Assembly (NCBI GenBank): GCA_963663225.1
Contig: OY760142.1
Coordinates: 2,592,001-2,656,000 of the forward strand
DNA: 64,000 bases
Source of the DNA: Nitrospirota bacterium
Lineage (GTDB): Bacteria > Nitrospirota > UBA9217
Reading direction: 5' to 3'
The notes beneath the pieces are model-generated. The model was not told where the DNA came from, searched no databases, and saw nothing but the letters and a program-made list of their open reading frames with translations. A program made the position numbers and the translations under genes. This document shows positions 58,621-64,000 of this stretch, piece by piece. Each line of letters opens with the position of its first letter. The stretch's first letter is position 1.

Positions 58621-59814
58621 TCAGCGATGAGCAAAAATTTTGCCCAGTGTAGCGATAAGCTGGTCGATTTCTTCTTCGCTGATAATGAGCGGTGGAATAA
58701 AACGCAGCACCGTATTTACAGTGCAGTTAATTAACAATCCATCTTTGAGGCAGGCGGTAACGATGTCTTTTCCCTCAAAGTTGAGCTCCATGCCAATGAG
58801 CAGCCCTCTGCCGCGCACATCTTTTATGAAGGGATGTTTTTGCTGGAGGCTTCTCAGGCCCTGCGTGAAGTAGGCGCCGAGATGTTCAACGGACTGGATG
58901 ATGATATTATCTTCAAGAAGCGCTTCAATTGTTGCGATGGCGGCAGCGCAGGCAAGCGGATTGCCGCCGAAGGTTGAACCATGCGAACCGGGAGTAAAGG
59001 CCTGTGCTATTTTATCCGTAGCCAGGAGAGCTCCGATCGGCATTCCTCCTGCCAGCCCTTTGGCAAGAGCAGCTATATCCGGCGTTATTCCCTCGTGTTC
59101 GTATCCAAAAAACCTGCCTGTACGACCCATCCCTGTTTGGATCTCATCAAGAATGAGCAGGACTTTGTGCTGGTCGCAGAGTTCTCGAAGTGCTTTCAGA
59201 TATCCAGGGGCCGGTAAAATAACTCCTCCTTCCCCTTGGAGAGGTTCTACCAATATGGCGCACGTGTGTTCATTTATGGCGTGCTCGACGGCTTCTATAT
59301 CGTTATAAGGCACATATCGGAAACCTGGAAGAACCGGCTCGAATCCTTTGTGGAATTTTTCCTGGGCAGTGGCAGCGAGCGCGCCCATGGTCCGGCCGTG
59401 AAATGAACCCTGCATGGTTATAATTTCATACCGGTCTTTTTTGAGAATTTCCCTATTATATCTCCGGGCGAGTTTGATGGCCGCCTCAATCGCCTCGGTG
59501 CCTGAATTGCAGAAAAACACTTTGTCCGCAAACGAGTTTTTAACGAGCAGTTTTGCGAGGTTGACCTGCGGCTCAATGTGAAAATGATTGGAGATATGCA
59601 TGAGCCGCTGCGCCTGTTTTTGCAGCGCGACGACAATGCGCGGATGACAGTGTCCCAGGTTGTTGACAGCGACGCCGGAGACAAAATCGATATATTCCCT
59701 GCCATCGGAATCGTAAACCTTTGTACCCCGGCCCTTCACAAGCACGATTGGCTGCCGGCTGTACGTGTTCATGATAAATTTTTGTGAATCGGCAATAATA
59801 TCACTCGTAATCAT
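58621..59814 (-). CDS. argD: Acetylornithine aminotransferase
   Basis: NSGTEA, SFHGRT, EPLQGEGG, DEIQTG, AKGL, HGSTFGGNP. Confidence 0.96.
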   Translation of the reverse strand: MITSDIIADSQKFIMNTYSRQPIVLVKGRGTKVYDSDGREYIDFVSGVAVNNLGHCHPRIVVALQKQAQRLMHISNHFHIEPQVNLAKLLVKNSFADKVFFCNSGTEAIEAAIKLARRYNREILKKDRYEIITMQGSFHGRTMGALAATAQEKFHKGFEPVLPGFRYVPYNDIEAVEHAINEHTCAILVEPLQGEGGVILPAPGYLKALRELCDQHKVLLILDEIQTGMGRTGRFFGYEHEGITPDIAALAKGLAGGMPIGALLATDKIAQAFTPGSHGSTFGGNPLACAAAIATIEALLEDNIIIQSVEHLGAYFTQGLRSLQQKHPFIKDVRGRGLLIGMELNFEGKDIVTACLKDGLLINCTVNTVLRFIPPLIISEEEIDQLIATLGKIFAHR

Positions 59815-60007
59815 GTGATGAAAAGTATCATAATCGATTTGAAAAATCAAATAAAAATAATGATGAGGGGAATTTAGAAAGCGCGTGCGAGGATTTTAGT
59901 AACTCAGGGAGAATGGTCACGAAGGTTGCGTTTCCTCTGAGAGAACGGCAACAGATTGCTGAGAGAGCAGGGGGAGAATCTTTCGGAACCAGGGAACTGC
60001 AGACAAG

Positions 60008-60775
60008 TTATCGTATGTACCCTTCATTCATGTAAAAAATGACGGCTGCGCGAATTGAGTAGCGATCCATATTCCATTCTTCCGGAAGGGGCTGAAAGGG
60101 CGCAGAATCCCTGATCGAGCGCAGTGCTTCATCGTCAAGAATTTTGTAACCGGAGGATTTCAGAAGTTCAACATCTCCGAGTGATCCGTTTTTCAGGATG
60201 TCGAACTTAATGTACAAGGTACCCTGATAACCGGATATCGCAGCGAGTTCGGGGTAGCGAAGCACGCTTTCCACTTTGATTTTGAGCCAGCGGTTATACG
60301 ACATGAATTTAAATTCATCAGTATCAAGAGTTACTGATTCATCACCGGGCTTTTTTGCCGGCATCCCTTTGCGCGCAAGCTCGTCAATATCCCGTTGTGT
60401 CAGGAAAGGAAGCGGACCGGTTTCTTTGTTCGATTTTGTTTTACCGCTGGTGTCTGTTTTTCCCTGGTCTGTACCGTCAGGCTTGCCGGAATGTGGGAGC
60501 ATTTTCGGCAGTTTTATTTCATTGCTTGTTCCGAATTTTTTGGGTATGGGCACTTCATCCGGAGGCCGCCGCTTTTCTGAAACAACAGGGGGACGCTGCT
60601 GGATCGGAGGCAGTTTTTTAATATCCTGCTGCGGAAGATTTACGATTTGGACCGGCGTAAACACAGATTCTTCCTTTTGCGTACTATGGGCCATGAACAA
60701 GACAAGGGCGAGCATCATCGCGTGAAGCGTGATCGAGATGATAAGGGATATTGAGAATTGTAAACGCCGTCCCAT
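60008..60775 (-). CDS. TonB family protein
   Basis: SITLH TM motif, Pro-rich linker, YP..A...G.QG...SSG..ILD.EA. Confidence 0.9.
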   Translation of the reverse strand: MGRRLQFSISLIISITLHAMMLALVLFMAHSTQKEESVFTPVQIVNLPQQDIKKLPPIQQRPPVVSEKRRPPDEVPIPKKFGTSNEIKLPKMLPHSGKPDGTDQGKTDTSGKTKSNKETGPLPFLTQRDIDELARKGMPAKKPGDESVTLDTDEFKFMSYNRWLKIKVESVLRYPELAAISGYQGTLYIKFDILKNGSLGDVELLKSSGYKILDDEALRSIRDSAPFQPLPEEWNMDRYSIRAAVIFYMNEGYIR

Positions 60776-60912
60776 GAGTGGAAATCCAAAAAAAAGGACA
60801 CGGATTAATTATTTGAAGCGTGGATTAATACAGGTTTTCAGTTTTAATCCCGCATTCAGGTGGATCCGTGTCCTGCATTTTTATCTGATATTTTGGCCGG
60901 ATTGCTCCGCGA

Positions 60913-61956
60913 TTAAACATTTTTTTGCATTGTATCTGAAACTTCTCTCAATAATCTCAGAATTGCTTCGGCCTGTTCGGGCGAGAGACTGCCCATGCCG
61001 CATGAAGGAGTTATAAGGCATTGCCGGAGTATGGTCTTCCGGTCAATAGTTGCTTTTTCCAACCGCTTCATGCCGGCCTCAAGCTCTGCCACCAGAGAAT
61101 CTGCCGTTTCAGTGCCCGTATAGGCGCCAGTTGGCACTATGCCCCAGGCCAAGGATCCGCCGCGATCATAGAATTTTTTGATATCATCCGGATAGAGAAG
61201 TACTTTATCCATATATCCGAAAGCGTCGAAATTCACAATATCGATTCGGGTGTTATAGAGCATCGGCCAATCCGCATTGCCACAACAATGGATACCTGCA
61301 ATGCCACCCATTTCGTGAATGACATCGATGATTTCATTCAACTTTTCAGCCACCGTTTCAGTGGAAACCGCCGAAAAAGCCGAACCCAGGGATTCCATGG
61401 CTGGTTCATCGATGAAGATAATGACGGGTTTGTTGAATTGTTTGAGCTCCTGAATTTGCCATGCCGCCTTCATGGCAAGCCCTTTGACGATTGCGTCAAA
61501 AATCATTTCGTTATGAATTATATCTTTGCCGGTTTCATCTTTAAAGGACATACCAGCGGTAAGCGGGCCGGTAATGTGTCCTTTAATAAATCGTACGGAG
61601 CGGGGTACGCCATTTTTCAAGGCATGTAACAAGCCGTAGAATCCTGCTGCATATTCTTCGGTAATTTTAAAATAGCCGTAGTCCTTTTCGAGATATCGCT
61701 CAAAAAATTTCTCAAAATCCGGAGTAAGGTCGTGACTGGTATCAAAAAAGAACCGTTGCTTTGCTTCGTCCAGTTTCAGACCTGGCAACGTTTCACTATA
61801 TTGCCCACCCATGTGCTCGCGAAAACCACGTTGTGGCAGCTGAGGCCAGATAGGCGCCTCGGACAGATAGTGGAGCGAGAGGTCGGCAGCCTTGTCAGGG
61901 TCGGAAAGCGGCAGACTGCCGATGCCGGTTGCAATGCAGTTGAAGGCAAGTACCAT
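60913..61956 (-). CDS. Single-domain cobalamin-independent methionine synthase-like protein
   Basis: TGIGSLP, KG.ITGP.T, DEP, GIHCC, WGIVPT, TPSCG Zn ligands. Confidence 0.8.
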   Translation of the reverse strand: MVLAFNCIATGIGSLPLSDPDKAADLSLHYLSEAPIWPQLPQRGFREHMGGQYSETLPGLKLDEAKQRFFFDTSHDLTPDFEKFFERYLEKDYGYFKITEEYAAGFYGLLHALKNGVPRSVRFIKGHITGPLTAGMSFKDETGKDIIHNEMIFDAIVKGLAMKAAWQIQELKQFNKPVIIFIDEPAMESLGSAFSAVSTETVAEKLNEIIDVIHEMGGIAGIHCCGNADWPMLYNTRIDIVNFDAFGYMDKVLLYPDDIKKFYDRGGSLAWGIVPTGAYTGTETADSLVAELEAGMKRLEKATIDRKTILRQCLITPSCGMGSLSPEQAEAILRLLREVSDTMQKNV

Positions 61957-62159
61957 GATAGTGTCCTTTTTTGCTGAGCTGATTAGAAAATCTGATTTAG
62001 TTTCTGAATTATAGCCACAAGAGACAGAAAACACAACTGAAATTACCCTCAGGATCGTTTCTCGGTGTTCTGTTCAGAGTATGTCGCGCGATTTGACTCT
62101 CTGAGCTTAATTTGATATTCTAAAACAAAAATACTTCCTCTGCTGTTATCGAGGTCATT

Positions 62160-62786
62160 ATGGATATCCGCAAAGATTTTTTAATGGAAAATGAAACTCT
62201 GCGAAGCATCAAAGAGCGAAGAAGCATCAGGAATTTTACAAAAGATGACATATCAGATGAAAAAGTTCACATTCTGCTTCAGGCTGCAAATGAGGCGCCG
62301 TCTGCCCATAATCAGCAGTCCTGGCGCTTTATTGTGCTCAGAGGGGAAAAGAAGCAGGGCCTCGCAGAACTGGTCAGTCATGGCGCTTTACGGTTTCCGA
62401 GACCTGCTCAGGCCCTTCTCCGGATGTCGGCCAGGAGCATTGCCAGCGCGCCAATCGTCATTGCAGTGGCAAATACCGGCGATTTGATTAATCATGGAAC
62501 AGAACTTTTCAAAGTCGAAAAAGAAATGGCGTATGATTTTTTCAGGACGATGGAAATTCAAAGTTCCGCCGCGGCGGTGGAGAATCTTTTGCTGGCAGCA
62601 ACATCGCTTGGGCTCGCCACTGTTTGGCTTGGCATCATGTTTCTCATGAAGGATGAAGTGTTACAGTATCTTGGAGAGCCTCTTGGGGAGTTCATGGCAG
62701 TGGTTCCTGTCGGCTATGCTTCCCGTGAAGCGGGCAGCGGTCCAAAAAAACAACCTCTTGAAATGAAAGTCAAATTCCTCGACTAG
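62160..62786 (+). CDS. Nitroreductase family protein
   Basis: RRSIR.F, APSA.N.Q.W.F, ENL.LAA..LGL..VW. Confidence 0.92.
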   Translation: MDIRKDFLMENETLRSIKERRSIRNFTKDDISDEKVHILLQAANEAPSAHNQQSWRFIVLRGEKKQGLAELVSHGALRFPRPAQALLRMSARSIASAPIVIAVANTGDLINHGTELFKVEKEMAYDFFRTMEIQSSAAAVENLLLAATSLGLATVWLGIMFLMKDEVLQYLGEPLGEFMAVVPVGYASREAGSGPKKQPLEMKVKFLD

Positions 62787-62870
62787 TTTTTTTGCAGTAT
62801 GTTGCCTTCATGATTATTCTGGCGCTACTTCCATCTTTACAGAGTATCGGAAAGCGGGTAATATAAAAAA

Positions 62871-63230
62871 ATGAAATACGGCGCGAAAGCAATAAAACAG
62901 GCAAAACTCGAATTATGGCCGAATCCGAATCCCGACCGTGACTATGTTATTGATATATCGTTTTCTGAATTTACTTGTCTCTGTCCACGGTCCGGCTACC
63001 CCGATTTTGCCACCATACGCATATCCTATACTCCGGACAAACGGGTGGTGGAGCTTAAAAGCCTGAAGCTGTACCTGAATAGTTTTCGGGACCAGTCCGC
63101 ATCGCATGAAGGGGTGACAAATAGTATTTTTGACGAATTGAAAAAAAATCTGAAACCCCGTCATCTCGAAGTAATCGGTGATTTTAATGTGCGCGGCAAT
63201 GTAAAAACTGTTGTTCGTGTTTCTCTTTGA
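62871..63230 (+). CDS. queF: NADPH-dependent 7-cyano-7-deazaguanine reductase (unimodular)
   Basis: [26 protein letters not shown]. Confidence 0.95.
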   Translation: MKYGAKAIKQAKLELWPNPNPDRDYVIDISFSEFTCLCPRSGYPDFATIRISYTPDKRVVELKSLKLYLNSFRDQSASHEGVTNSIFDELKKNLKPRHLEVIGDFNVRGNVKTVVRVSL

Positions 63231-63338
63231 TTCTCAAATCACCCTACAGTCACAACCAAATTTCAATTTGCCATGACAGCATCAGATTTCAGCATCCTTG
63301 GAATTCGAGAACGACTACATTTTTATAGAAAGGACTGT

Positions 63339-63938
63339 ATGAAAAAAATCCTGTTTTGTCTCGTAATCTGCATGAGCGTTTTCCTGTTTAATCATGCTTC
63401 TGCTGAAGTAAAGCGTATTGCGATTCCTCTGGAAGGATCTCCTTCATTTGGACCACAGAATCCTCCGGTTACCCTTGTGGAATTTATCGACTACCAGTGA
63501 CCGCATTGCGTTGCGGCCGGTCCGGCTGTGGAGAAAATTGTAAAAGATTATGCAGACTCCGTGAAACTTGTCATAAAATTCTATCCGTATAAATACCGCG
63601 ACTATTCCCGTATATCAGCCGAGGCGGCTTTGGCGGCCTTTGATCAGGGCAAATTCAGAGAGATGCATCTCCTGTTGCTCAAAAAATCTCCGGACTTGAA
63701 CCGTAATGACCTCATAGGATATGCAAAAGAAATTGGGCTTGATGTGGACAGGTTTATTTCCGCGCTCAATACCCATAAAAATATGGCGACCATTGACCGG
63801 GACGTCAAACTGGCCCAGGATCTCGATCTTTACAACACGCCTACGTTTTTTATAAATGGCCGCAAGATTGTAGGCAATGTGCCTTTCTCATACCTCAAAA
63901 AGATCATCGAGGAGGAACTTCGTGCACAGAAAAAGTAG
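63339..63938 (+). CDS. DsbA/thioredoxin-fold selenoprotein (UxxC)
   Basis: Signal peptide, G...PPVTLVEFIDYQ-TGA-PHC in frame with the downstream AAEAA...QGKF...TPTFFING; Sec at codon 54. Confidence 0.85.
63512..63530 (+). promoter_or_regulatory. Bacterial SECIS-like hairpin
   Basis: TGCGGCC-GGTCC-GGCTGTG stem-loop; loop GGTC begins 18 nt after the TGA. Confidence 0.7.
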
Positions 63939-64000
63939 CCTGATTCTCTGCTCGCTGTGTATTGTTTTTTCTGCTGCTGTTACCCCGGTTTTTGGGGGTG
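63922..64000 (+). CDS. 5' end of next gene (signal peptide, truncated by window)
   Basis: GTG after GAGGA; reads HRKSSLILCSLCIVFSAAVTPVFGG. Confidence 0.4.
   Translation, partial: MHRKSSLILCSLCIVFSAAVTPVFGG

Noticed and set aside
63273-63938. Nonsense pseudogene or two separate small genes
   Set aside because: The TGA falls precisely on the catalytic Cys position with a SECIS-like hairpin downstream and both halves are intact.

Overview
Bacterial chromosomal window. Gene content suggests an anaerobic or microaerophilic Gram-negative, Nitrospirota/Desulfobacterota-like host (inference). The backbone is housekeeping: dnaE, tRNA-Cys/tRNA-Gly, htpX, an ECF sigma/anti-sigma unit, rpsF-ssb-rpsR, an aspartate-family amino-acid operon, an EF-G paralogue, M16 peptidases, dut, acs, argDF and queF. 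Three things stand out. (1) A ~15.8-kb capsid-less, phage-satellite-like element sits in tRNA-Gly(GCC) between 46-bp att repeats (7700-7745 and 23461-23506). It carries a tyrosine integrase, an excisionase, a tandem-Phd regulator, a dead-TOPRIM/lambda-O initiator with internal palindromic iterons, DnaB, CHC2, a TerS-like gene, a lone virion/ejection-like gene, an array of exported proteins including an S1/P1 nuclease, and an outward promoter facing the orphaned tRNA-Cys/dnaE. (2) A ubiquitin-like sulfur relay (TusA, MoeB, JAB, ThrC-like, MoaD/CysO, NIL) is embedded in the hom-apgM-lysC operon. (3) A DsbA-like selenoprotein (UxxC with a SECIS-like hairpin) was split in two by the ORF track. All family calls come from motif recognition by eye; no database searches were run.
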